Below, piece by piece: positions 9,247-16,732 of a DNA stretch of 20,000 bases; position 1 is the first letter of the stretch, and the number at the start of each line of letters is the position of its first letter. Under the pieces are notes generated by a model that saw only the letters and a program-made list of their open reading frames with translations, was not told the DNA's origin and made no database searches. The DNA lies in the IMG/VR virus record IMGVR_UViG_3300046713_000279; one strand, given 5' to 3'. Position numbers and translations under genes: made by a program. Source of the DNA: an uncultured virus (IMG/VR IMGVR_UViG_3300046713_000279) (Duplodnaviria; Heunggongvirae; Uroviricota; Caudoviricetes).

Positions 9247-9262
9247 GATCATCCGGTCGCCT
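9217..9262 (+). repeat. repeat B copy 1 (AQHAPDDxV-stop plus TAGGAT)
   Basis: 44/46 identical to 12383-12428. Confidence 0.95.
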
Positions 9263-9366
9263 CCGGGTGGCTTTGCCTCAAAACCCCCTCGGGGGATCGG
9301 CCTTTTGAGGCAGCCGTCACCCTTTTGAGGCAGCGGGTTCAGCGCCTGAAATTTGGAGGCAACTCG

Positions 9367-9486
9367 ATGAAGCGAGCAGCGGAGCCACTTGTGGATGCGC
9401 CCACGCGCACACTCGGATCCAGCGACCAGCGATTTCCGACGCTTGGCGTCGGATCTGAACTTGCACTCATGGAGCTACAACGATGA
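9367..9486 (+). CDS. possible 39-aa small protein (MKRAAEPLVDAP...)
   Basis: GGAGG-N7-ATG and ATGA coupling to 9483-9719. Confidence 0.35.
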   Translation: MKRAAEPLVDAPTRTLGSSDQRFPTLGVGSELALMELQR

Positions 9487-9719
9487 GCGATCCGGTCTGC
9501 TACGGCTGGGAAATCGTCTGCCCCGACGGAAGGGTGCGTCACTACCCATTTCATAACGAGGATGACGCGACGGACGAAGCCATGCTCGCCAGTTCCCGGC
9601 GTTGCCGGCTGTGGAGCGAACCGAGCGACCTCGAAACGAGTCAGCCGCCATGTCCCGAGGGCGAACACACCGTGAGACCCATCGAGATGCATCGCTCGTC
9701 GACTCGTGCGTCCGCCTAG
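9483..9719 (+). CDS. Cys-containing hypothetical protein, 78 aa (element cargo)
   Basis: GGAG RBS; protein-like composition. Confidence 0.65.
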   Translation: MSDPVCYGWEIVCPDGRVRHYPFHNEDDATDEAMLASSRRCRLWSEPSDLETSQPPCPEGEHTVRPIEMHRSSTRASA

Positions 9720-9901
9720 TCTGGTTCGCCGTTACATCCACGCTCCGAGCACTTCTTGGTGCTCGTGTTCCCGAGCGCCGAGGGCTTCCGCTCTCGACGT
9801 GGATGCTGATGTTGGCGCTGCGCGAGGCGAACGAGGACAAGGGGTAGCTCCGGGACAAAGGAAGGAGCCGGAGCCGCATCGCAGCCCCGGCTCTCGGTCG
9901 C

Positions 9902-9973
9902 TCAGTGCTGGGTGATCAGCCGCCACCGGAGGAGGTGGGCCAACAACGGACAGACGAAGATTTGTGAGCGCAT
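9902..9973 (-). CDS. candidate 23-aa peptide MRSQIFVCPLLAHLLRWRLITQH
   Basis: AAGGAG-N4-ATG; homolog at 11915-11987 with three synonymous changes and the same stop position. Confidence 0.4.
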   Translation of the reverse strand: MRSQIFVCPLLAHLLRWRLITQH

Positions 9974-9984
9974 AGGGCTCCTTT

Positions 9985-10029
9985 CGAGACAAAAGGGGGC
10001 TTGTCCCGGTCTGCAGCGCGGGCTAACGT
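9985..10029 (+). promoter_or_regulatory. promoter TTGTCC-N17-TAACGT overlapped by imperfect palindrome CGAGACAA-N8-TTGTCCCG
   Basis: boxes and spacing conserved in second copy (12001-12045) while the spacer differs. Confidence 0.65.
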
Positions 10030-10034
10030 CCTCG

Positions 10035-10160
10035 TCAGGCAGACGGCGGACGCGCCTTGCTACAGCCAGGCTCGATTCGTTGGCGATGTGGGCCACGCCC
10101 ACCGACTCAGGACACGGACTGGCATCCGTGGCCCGGGTCGTTCCGGACGCAGCTCGGCCT
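10035..10160 (+). ncRNA. candidate structured small RNA, copy 1 (ends approximate)
   Basis: downstream of conserved promoter; hairpins 10065-10084 and 10103-10140 have equivalents in copy 2 despite sequence change. Confidence 0.45.
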
Positions 10161-10497
10161 ACGCGCGCACGGGTGGCCCGCGCGCGCGTGGTTCTGGTGG
10201 TTCTGGGTCCCCGTCGCCGCCGGTGTCGGCGGTGGCACGGCGGATGGAAGCCGAGGCGGTGCGACGGCGCGGCGCTCGCGAGAGGCCAGCGCGGATGTGG
10301 ACGCGGGGCGCTCGTCGCACGCCGCACGCATCGCGAACCCTCCGGGCGAGACGGCGGACGGCGCTGGCCGCCTTCACCATGGGGTGCCCGTAGATTGCCT
10401 TGGTCAGCGTCGCCACGGCCGGTGGGACGATGGACGCTGCGATCGCGCGCGCGATCACTTCCTCGTCGATGGCCTCGACGACGATCTTGCGGACCAT
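10159..10497 (-). CDS. Arg/Ala-rich hypothetical protein ending GGDGDPEPPEPRARGPP (start uncertain; element cargo)
   Basis: helical N-terminal half is protein-like; same strand as upstream cargo genes. Confidence 0.5.
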   Translation of the reverse strand: MVRKIVVEAIDEEVIARAIAASIVPPAVATLTKAIYGHPMVKAASAVRRLARRVRDACGVRRAPRVHIRAGLSRAPRRRTASASIRRATADTGGDGDPEPPEPRARGPPVRA

Positions 10498-10669
10498 CGG
10501 CTGTTCGGATACGTTCGGCGATGTCACGAGGCAGTTCCGATGCTGAGTGACTGCCGCTGCGCGGCAGCGGCAACCGGCTGGTACCCGGTTGCCGCGCATT
10601 TGAGCTCCCGCCTCGGCGGAAGTCAACGGTGATCGCACTAGGGATAGCGGGAGGGGCCGTTTCTACCCC

Positions 10670-11119
10670 CTACCTGGGGTGCACCATCGCCGCGATCACG
10701 TCCTCGTCGCTCCGGCTCAACACCCGCTTGTTACGCCGGAACAGTTGGATCAGTTCGGCGTCGGAGGCACCGACGTAGCGGCCATCCGGGTCCCCGTCGC
10801 GCAGGTGCTTGACGATGACGATCTCGCGGGCGGACATGGCGTCCGCGCCCGGTGCCGTGCCGTCGCTGTAGTCGAACGCCTCGCCGGACCGTGCCGGCTG
10901 TGCGTCCGCCACCGCGCCATGCAGCCGGTGGAACGCCGCCATGGCGCCCATCGCCGACTTCTTGATCAGGCCGAGCAGGCTGGCGATCCCTTCGGCGATG
11001 TCCGGATCGGACTCGTCCCAGTCCTCGCTGTCGTAGGCGTCCGCGGTGACGGCCGCGAGGATGTTGACCTCGCCGAGCGCGATCCGCAGATCGTCGAGCG
11101 GTGCGACAAGGTCCGTCAT
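10670..11119 (-). CDS. acidic helical hypothetical protein, 149 aa (element cargo)
   Basis: GGAGG RBS, ATGA overlap, GC3 bias. Confidence 0.85.
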   Translation of the reverse strand: MTDLVAPLDDLRIALGEVNILAAVTADAYDSEDWDESDPDIAEGIASLLGLIKKSAMGAMAAFHRLHGAVADAQPARSGEAFDYSDGTAPGADAMSAREIVIVKHLRDGDPDGRYVGASDAELIQLFRRNKRVLSRSDEDVIAAMVHPR

Positions 11120-11397
11120 GCGCCCCTCCGGCGGTCGATCTCCTCGGTGGTGTAGGCCGCGGCGCGCACCGCAAACTTGGCGGACTCCACGAGGTGCTCG
11201 ACGTCGCTCCGGCGGCGCAGATCCTCCTCCTCGTCGCCGATCGGGGCCTGCTCCAGCTGGTACTCCGCGCTGGAGATGAAGGCGTGGGCCTTGCCGAGGT
11301 TGTCCTTCAAGAGGCCGAACAGGTCGTCGAGGGTACCGAAGTTGTCAGGGGTGGGCCGCTTCTGTAGTCTGGCCCGGGGGTTGCGATGTTTGCCCAT
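11116..11397 (-). CDS. helical hypothetical protein, 93 aa (element cargo)
   Basis: AAGGAG-N5-ATG, GC3 bias. Confidence 0.85.
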   Translation of the reverse strand: MGKHRNPRARLQKRPTPDNFGTLDDLFGLLKDNLGKAHAFISSAEYQLEQAPIGDEEEDLRRRSDVEHLVESAKFAVRAAAYTTEEIDRRRGA

Positions 11398-11543
11398 CGT
11401 GACTCCTTGGCCCGTCGGCGGCTGATACCCGTCGGCGAGCCACTATGTGGTTGCTGCAGCGATGGCTGCAGTCGTCCACCCTAGGAGGTTTTGGGGCAGC
11501 GTCGAGGGTTTTGAGGCAACGGGGGTTATTGAGGCAAAGCCCC

Positions 11544-11618
11544 TCCGGGTGAAGGCATGCTTGCACCGCACCCCTCATAGCCTGGTCGTCCCGCCGCTCC
11601 AGCCGATGTCCGGCCTGG
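11544..11618 (+). pseudogene. truncated duplicate of the 5' end of the transglutaminase-like gene
   Basis: ungapped match to 12437-12511, fused out of frame to repeat A; stops at 11656. Confidence 0.9.
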
Positions 11619-11777
11619 ATCCTCCAGCATCACACCGAGCAGGTGAGCGGCGTTGACCTGTTCATGCAGAAGGTGGCAAAGTTACCGGGCACTTCGCCCC
11701 TGGCGTCACAGGCAGGCCGCAATTGGCTCCGCAAGGTCGGGGCAGCCCTCATTGGAGAGTGAACGACATGACAGCGG
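11612..11777 (+). pseudogene. orphan duplicate of the 3' end of the 570-aa gene (repeat A copy 2)
   Basis: encodes ...KLPGTSPLASQAGRNWLRKVGAALIGE* versus ...KLPGSSPLATQGGRNWLRRVGAILIGERTT*. Confidence 0.9.
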
Positions 11778-11944
11778 CACTACCAGGAGACGCCATCACC
11801 GTGACCGATGAGGAAAAGATCGTCATCGACACGGGCATCGTTCCGCCGAGGTGCCAAGCGGAGGAGTGTAGGGACGAGATGTTCGGGAAGTCCGTTGCGG
11901 CACGGATCGGGGGCTCAGTGCAGGGCAATCACCCGCCACCGTAG
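11768..11944 (+). CDS. small hypothetical protein, 58 aa (MTAALPGDAITV...)
   Basis: GGAG upstream; uses the same ATGACAGCGG start as 8851-9246, then unrelated. Confidence 0.45.
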   Translation: MTAALPGDAITVTDEEKIVIDTGIVPPRCQAEECRDEMFGKSVAARIGGSVQGNHPPP

Positions 11945-12198
11945 GAGGCGGGCCGTCTGAGGACAGACAAGGACTTTGTGAGCGCATATGGCTCCTTTGT
12001 CGAGACAAAAGAAGGCTTGTCCCGGTCCACGGCGCGGGTTAATGTCCTCGTCGGTAGAGACGGCGGACATGCCTCGCCACGGCCAGGCTTGAATCGCTGG
12101 ACGATGTGGGCCACGCCCCCACCCCAGGCCCCCGGAAGTGAGATTCCGGGAAGCTTGGCGTTGGCGTAGCCGGGTGTCGGCGGTCCTCGCGCGCGCGC
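11913..12198. repeat. second copy of the peptide/promoter/structured-RNA module (homologous to 9900-10188)
   Basis: clear alignment over ~200 bp with several 1-2 nt indels; promoter TTGTCC-N17-TAATGT at 12017-12045; hairpin 12124-12158. Confidence 0.85.
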
Positions 12199-12202
12199 TA
12201 TC

Positions 12203-12412
12203 ATGCAGAGTCCAGGGGTGACCCCGGGGCCCAAGCCCACCGGGGTGGTGATCCTTCAACCAGCTGAACTCCTTGCGGCCCTGGACCCCGTGGGCCAACT
12301 TGTCGCTGCGGCCAAGAAGTTTCGCGAGGCGACGCCTCCCAGAGCGCAGAATCTGATGCGCGCGATGGGAGCGTTTCGCAAGGCACAACACGCGCCGGAC
12401 GATTCGGTGTAG
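12203..12412 (+). CDS. 69-aa paralog of the C-terminal part of 8851-9246
   Basis: VGQLVAAAKKFREATPPR...AQHAPDDSV versus VDRLIAAAQALRRATTPR...AQHAPDDPV. Confidence 0.55.
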   Translation: MQSPGVTPGPKPTGVVILQPAELLAALDPVGQLVAAAKKFREATPPRAQNLMRAMGAFRKAQHAPDDSV

Positions 12413-12441
12413 GATCATCCGGTCGCCTATCACTTTTCCGG

Positions 12442-13071
12442 GTGAAGGCATGCTTGCACCGCGCCCCCCATAGCCTGGTCGTTCCTCCGCTCCAGCCGAT
12501 GGCTGGCCTGGGGTACGGCGGGTCGCGCCTTTTCTGGTTCCCGGACGAGCCGCCCACCAGCCGCATCGGGTACGCGGGGGCACCCCAGACCATCGACGTC
12601 ATGAGGCAGGCGGCGCTCGACGACGCGAACCACTTCGAGACGAGGCAACTCGCCGAGGCGGTCTGCGAGGGCCTGGACTCGAAGGACTACTGCTCGGAGT
12701 ACATGGCGCTCTACTACTGTCTGCTGCAGCGGACGCGGTACATGCGCGACCCGCGGCGGACCGAGCTCGTCCGGGCGCCCTACATCATCAGCCGCCAAAT
12801 CTTGGCTGGGCACCGGCCCAGCATCGATTGCGACGATGGCGCACTGTGGCTGGCCTCCGCGATCCTGTCGGTCGGCGGGCAGCCTGACTTCGTGACCTGT
12901 GCGTTCAAGCGGATGTACTACGACGGCCGCATCCAGCACAGCCACGTGTTCACCCGGGCCCTGGAGCCCAGGAACCGGACCAGGATCGTGCTGGATCCGG
13001 TCGCTGCCGAGAAGACCCCGCAGATGCTACGCCGTATCGTCGATGCCTCCGTCTGGCCGGTCGCGGCCTAA
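12442..13071 (+). CDS. transglutaminase-like cysteine protease-fold protein (start GTG 12442 or TTG 12454)
   Basis: IDCDD (Cys), SHVF (His), VLDP (Asp) in canonical order; synonymous differences against the duplicate indicate the region upstream of ATG 12499 is coding. Confidence 0.88.
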   Translation: MKACLHRAPHSLVVPPLQPMAGLGYGGSRLFWFPDEPPTSRIGYAGAPQTIDVMRQAALDDANHFETRQLAEAVCEGLDSKDYCSEYMALYYCLLQRTRYMRDPRRTELVRAPYIISRQILAGHRPSIDCDDGALWLASAILSVGGQPDFVTCAFKRMYYDGRIQHSHVFTRALEPRNRTRIVLDPVAAEKTPQMLRRIVDASVWPVAA

Positions 13072-13085
13072 CCCAAGGAACCAAG

Positions 13086-14906
13086 ATGGCCTACAACCTT
13101 CCAAGCGCCTGGGACGCTGGCTTCGCGTTGCCCAAGAACGTCCAGGACGAGGGACTCCAGCGCCGCGGTCTCGTGACCAAGTGGATGCCGCGCGGCACGT
13201 ACGATGACTCGACCGACGGGACGGCCGGTTACAGCGTGCCGCAGTACATCAAGGACGAGGGCACCGGCCAGGGCGCGTTCACGACGTTCTGGCAACCTCG
13301 GGGGACGTACAACGGTGGCAGGGTCCCCTACTGGCTGAATCAGCGGCCGACCGTGACCAGTGCGACCCCGCTCCCCGGCGGCGGCACCCAGTTCACCGTG
13401 CAGCCGGCCATGGGCGATGACGCGCCGATCGGTGAGCCGTATGACTCCTACGGACAGCGGGCAGCGGCAGCGCTGATCTCCCGGGTCCAGACACTCCCCA
13501 GGGCCCAGCAGCAGAAGGCGATGAGGGGGGCCATGGACCAGATCGATCCGTCGCTCTGGACGCGCACGACGGCCATATTCAACCGCTACGTCAAGCAGAA
13601 ATTGCCTCCGGCAAACGCGTTCCCGCTGGCGCTCGCCCGTGCACTTTCCACTGGCATCATGGCCGAGATCATCACGACCGGCGCTCGAAGGGTCGCACCC
13701 CAGGCAAAGTCGCTCCTGGGTCTGGGGTGCTATGGCTGCCAAGCCTTTCTGGGAGCGATGGGGGATGATGCCGTTCCGGCAGGATGCCAAGCGGCGCCGG
13801 CTGGGTACACGTGGATCTACGGAGCCACGGTGAACGGTCAAGTCATCCCTGGCCATTGGGCGCATGCCACCGCAGGGCAGCCCGTTCAGGCGTTCTGCTC
13901 CACGCCTCCGCCCGGGGCCATCACGGCGGCAACCCTCGCGGCGACGCCCGGCGTGACTACGGAGGTACGTGGTCACGGTGCGGACTACGACTGGTTCGTG
14001 GGGCCGTTCGGGTTCAACAGCGCGACGTTCGTGCCGAGGGTATGGGGCGTCTCGACGACGCCCTCCTCGACCGTCGCCAACCGCGCCGCGCCGGCGGACA
14101 TCATGTACCTGACACCGGGGGATCCGCCGCCGGGCCCCCAACTGGCCAACGTCCGGCCCATGATCCCGCAGGTGCTCGAGTGGCTCAAGGCCCGCCTGAT
14201 CGAGGCCCAGGATTCCAGCGGCAACGTTGACACGCCCACGACGTACCTCGACACCGCCAATAATCGCCACCCCTCGAGCTATATGTTCGACGCGAGCGGC
14301 AACGTGTCCCAGGGTCAAGCGGACGATGCGAAGACATGGTTCGACGCGCTGGGCATCCAGCCCGGAACCCCGGTCCGGCTTCACACGCTCTGGTACCTGA
14401 AGACGGCGGCGTCGCCGCTGGCTAGGACGAAGCACATCAAGACCGGGGCCAACATGGCGCTGGCCGTCTCGCTCGCGCCCATGGATCTGACCAGGGGTGA
14501 CTGGTCGAAAACCAACCCGCTGGTGCTCAAGGTGTGGCTCTCGTCGGTGCCCGATCCGAACATCTTCGGGGCGCTCTGGAATCCGATGGTGCTCATCAAC
14601 CCGCTGACCGCGCTCCAGGCGGTCGGATCGGTACTGGCAGGCGTCGCCCCCATCCTGGGAGACTTGGCCTGCGACGTCCTTACCCACCCCGCAGCGGGCG
14701 CCGTGGCCGGAGCTGCGGCCGCCGCCGAAGGTATCCCGCCGCAGGCAGGGACGGCCGGGGTCGCGATCGCGGCAGGGCAATGCGGCCGAGCGCCGCCGCC
14801 GATCGTCCCAACGGCCAAGCATTCCCTCTTGCCATGGGTGCTCCTGGGCGGCGGCGCGATCGTCGCCGTCGCGCTCCTGACCAAGCCGAAGGCAGCCACG
14901 CCATGA
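13086..14906 (+). CDS. large putative virion protein with C-terminal TM anchor, 606 aa
   Basis: AAGGA RBS; G/A/P/T-rich; ends LLPWVLLGGGAIVAVALL-TKPK. Confidence 0.88.
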   Translation: MAYNLPSAWDAGFALPKNVQDEGLQRRGLVTKWMPRGTYDDSTDGTAGYSVPQYIKDEGTGQGAFTTFWQPRGTYNGGRVPYWLNQRPTVTSATPLPGGGTQFTVQPAMGDDAPIGEPYDSYGQRAAAALISRVQTLPRAQQQKAMRGAMDQIDPSLWTRTTAIFNRYVKQKLPPANAFPLALARALSTGIMAEIITTGARRVAPQAKSLLGLGCYGCQAFLGAMGDDAVPAGCQAAPAGYTWIYGATVNGQVIPGHWAHATAGQPVQAFCSTPPPGAITAATLAATPGVTTEVRGHGADYDWFVGPFGFNSATFVPRVWGVSTTPSSTVANRAAPADIMYLTPGDPPPGPQLANVRPMIPQVLEWLKARLIEAQDSSGNVDTPTTYLDTANNRHPSSYMFDASGNVSQGQADDAKTWFDALGIQPGTPVRLHTLWYLKTAASPLARTKHIKTGANMALAVSLAPMDLTRGDWSKTNPLVLKVWLSSVPDPNIFGALWNPMVLINPLTALQAVGSVLAGVAPILGDLACDVLTHPAAGAVAGAAAAAEGIPPQAGTAGVAIAAGQCGRAPPPIVPTAKHSLLPWVLLGGGAIVAVALLTKPKAATP

Positions 14907-15370
14907 AGATGACCTCGCGAGATCTCCTGGTCGCCATCGGGATGGGCCAGCACAACGCCACGCAGGCGATCCCCTACCTGATGATCGCGCCGGCGACGAC
15001 CGACCCGAAGACGCCCATGGTCATCAACATGGTCCGGTTGATCCAGCAGGTCCTGTACCAGTTGGGCGCCACCGACGTCGCCGACACGGGGTACCTGGAC
15101 CCGCCCACCGCCCGCGCGCTGCGGCTGGTCACCGGGCCTAACTGGGAGCGGATGCCGTGGGCGTCGAGCATCACCGCCGTGATCGGAGCCCGGGACCGCG
15201 GGATGCTGCTAAGCCCTGCTTCGAGCGGCGCTGCGATGGCGCCCGCGATGCCAGTGGCGGTCAGCGGACCTCTGGACTTCCTGCCCGACGTGCCCGGCGG
15301 TATCCTCACGTACGCGGTGGCGGGATACTTTCTCTACCGTCACTTCTCCAAGGCAAGGAGCGCGCGATGA
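14903..15370 (+). CDS. peptidoglycan-binding-like domain plus C-terminal TM anchor, 155 aa
   Basis: VRLIQQVLYQLG...DTGYLDPPTARAL resembles PG_binding_1; ATGA coupling. Confidence 0.8.
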   Translation: MKMTSRDLLVAIGMGQHNATQAIPYLMIAPATTDPKTPMVINMVRLIQQVLYQLGATDVADTGYLDPPTARALRLVTGPNWERMPWASSITAVIGARDRGMLLSPASSGAAMAPAMPVAVSGPLDFLPDVPGGILTYAVAGYFLYRHFSKARSAR

Positions 15371-16113
15371 CGTACATGAAACGACGGTCACTCGGCGATA
15401 CGCCCGCGACACCCTACAACCCGATGCTGCCATGGGTTCCACCGGGGCTGGTATCCGCCGCTCCCGCCCCAGGCGGCCAAATTTGGGACGACATCGACAA
15501 CTTCATGGCGAGTCATGGCGCCGTCGATGCCTCGCAGGCCGACCCGGCGGACGACGTTAATCAGACGGCGACGGGGACCGGCAGTACGAGCGCGGCAGAT
15601 TTCGCCGTGGTGAATGGTGTGTGTAAGGCCAGAAACTTCCCCGCACTGGCGGCCTCGCGGGGGTTTCAAGGGCAACTCAACCGCGTCGCGCAAGCCAAGG
15701 GCTTTGGTAAGATCTCCACCGACGGCGCCATCGGTCCAGCGACCATGGCGCTGTTCAGGAAGGTGCAGGCGTCGGCTCCATCGGGTCAGATCATGGGCGA
15801 CGCCTCTAATTGCCAGAACATCTCGGCCGATGTCGACGTACTGGGTCAGCAGATTCAAGTGTTCGCCGATGCACTGGGCTCACCGCCCACGGTGAGCGGG
15901 CCCGTGCTTTCGATCTCGCCGCCGACCATCGTCACCAAGAGCGGGCAGACCGTGCTTGCTCCGGACGCAGGGATAGTCGGCTCGCTGGCATCGCTCTCGG
16001 ATATCGAGAAGTTGGCGCTCCTGGGGGTGGCCGGCGGGGTCGGCTACATGCTGCTCAAGAAGAAGCGACCCGGGACCATCCCGCTCACCCGCCGGACCAT
16101 GCGGAGGCGGTGA
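15367..16113 (+). CDS. peptidoglycan-binding-like domain plus C-terminal TM anchor and basic tail, 248 aa
   Basis: FQGQLNR...STDGAIGPATMALFRKVQ; LALLGVAGGVGYMLL-KKKR; AAGGAG RBS. Confidence 0.85.
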   Translation: MTYMKRRSLGDTPATPYNPMLPWVPPGLVSAAPAPGGQIWDDIDNFMASHGAVDASQADPADDVNQTATGTGSTSAADFAVVNGVCKARNFPALAASRGFQGQLNRVAQAKGFGKISTDGAIGPATMALFRKVQASAPSGQIMGDASNCQNISADVDVLGQQIQVFADALGSPPTVSGPVLSISPPTIVTKSGQTVLAPDAGIVGSLASLSDIEKLALLGVAGGVGYMLLKKKRPGTIPLTRRTMRRR

Positions 16114-16352
16114 TGTACCTGCCCGTTGGAGATACGGCGCCGCCTGCTGCGCCGACCACAAGCATCCACGACCTGGTGAGCTCGGACACCGTGAGCACGG
16201 CCTCCATGATCGCCCTCACCTACCACGGCTACAAGCGGACCGGGTCGCTCATTTGGGCGCTGGTGTACGGCCTGGCTGGGCGGTGGGCGCCCGTGGTGGC
16301 GGTACCGGTGGCCTTCGCACAGGGGTTCGGAGACAAGAAGCCATGTCCATGA
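16113..16352 (+). CDS. small membrane protein, 79 aa
   Basis: GGAGG plus TGATG coupling; hydrophobic segments around YHGYKRTGS. Confidence 0.8.
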   Translation: MYLPVGDTAPPAAPTTSIHDLVSSDTVSTASMIALTYHGYKRTGSLIWALVYGLAGRWAPVVAVPVAFAQGFGDKKPCP

Positions 16353-16732
16353 AGCGCACTCTAGTTCCTCTGGGTGACGGCGGGACATTCATCATCGTGT
16401 TCGTCCCGTTGCTTCCCGACAACGCCGAGGAACTGCTCACCGCATACAGGGGCGAGGTTGCTCGTCGCGGCCCGCCGTTCGTCATCCCAGATGGAGATCT
16501 CGTCGATCCCGACATGATCCCTGTGGTTCTCCTTGCCGTCCCCGATGGCAAGGAGGCGGTGGTCATGGCGAGGTTCAAACCGCCGCTCACCGAACTTCCC
16601 ACGGAACAGATCGTGACGAACATCGGGCGGTCGAATCGTCGCTGCGGTGTCGCGCTTCGACCGGACAACGTATCGGTAGCATTCGATATTGCGCTCGATT
16701 TCAAGAAGGCTGAAACGGAGCGCCGACCATGA
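16349..16732 (+). CDS. hypothetical protein with atypical codon use, 127 aa
   Basis: ATGA overlaps at both ends; many A/T-ending codons. Confidence 0.7.
   Translation: MKRTLVPLGDGGTFIIVFVPLLPDNAEELLTAYRGEVARRGPPFVIPDGDLVDPDMIPVVLLAVPDGKEAVVMARFKPPLTELPTEQIVTNIGRSNRRCGVALRPDNVSVAFDIALDFKKAETERRP

Larger units (their letters stand above)
9269..11541. mobile_element. non-autonomous TIR-bounded insertion (2273 bp) with 9-bp target duplication CCTCCGGGT
   Basis: TIRs GGCTTTGCCTCAA(T)AACCCCC at 9269-9288 and 11521-11541; direct repeats 9260-9268 and 11542-11550; equivalent site at 12421-12445 lacks the element; no transposase ORF inside. Confidence 0.85.

Noticed and set aside
9301..9334. CCTTTTGAGGCAGC repeats as a CRISPR array
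   Set aside because: 14-bp units with 6-bp gaps, too short, and no cas genes; better explained as element end motifs
9351..9363. TTGGAGGCAAC as a seventh sub-terminal site
   Set aside because: Off the 20-bp period and equally explained as the SD of ORF 9367-9486
10060..10100. GGCTCGATTC as a tRNA T-arm
   Set aside because: No cloverleaf, D-arm or anticodon arm found in either copy
10041..10360. 12-bp direct repeat AGACGGCGGACG (10041, 10349) as an sRNA target site
   Set aside because: Single short match in GC-rich sequence with no counterpart for copy 2; could be chance
8695..11777. Repeat A pair as a diversity-generating retroelement TR/VR
   Set aside because: Differences are not adenine-specific, many are synonymous, and no reverse transcriptase is present
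13068..14822. 584-aa minus-strand ORF and other long antisense ORFs (e.g. 5519-6346, 6680-7570, 17724-18515)
   Set aside because: Shadow frames of GC3-rich genes on the opposite strand
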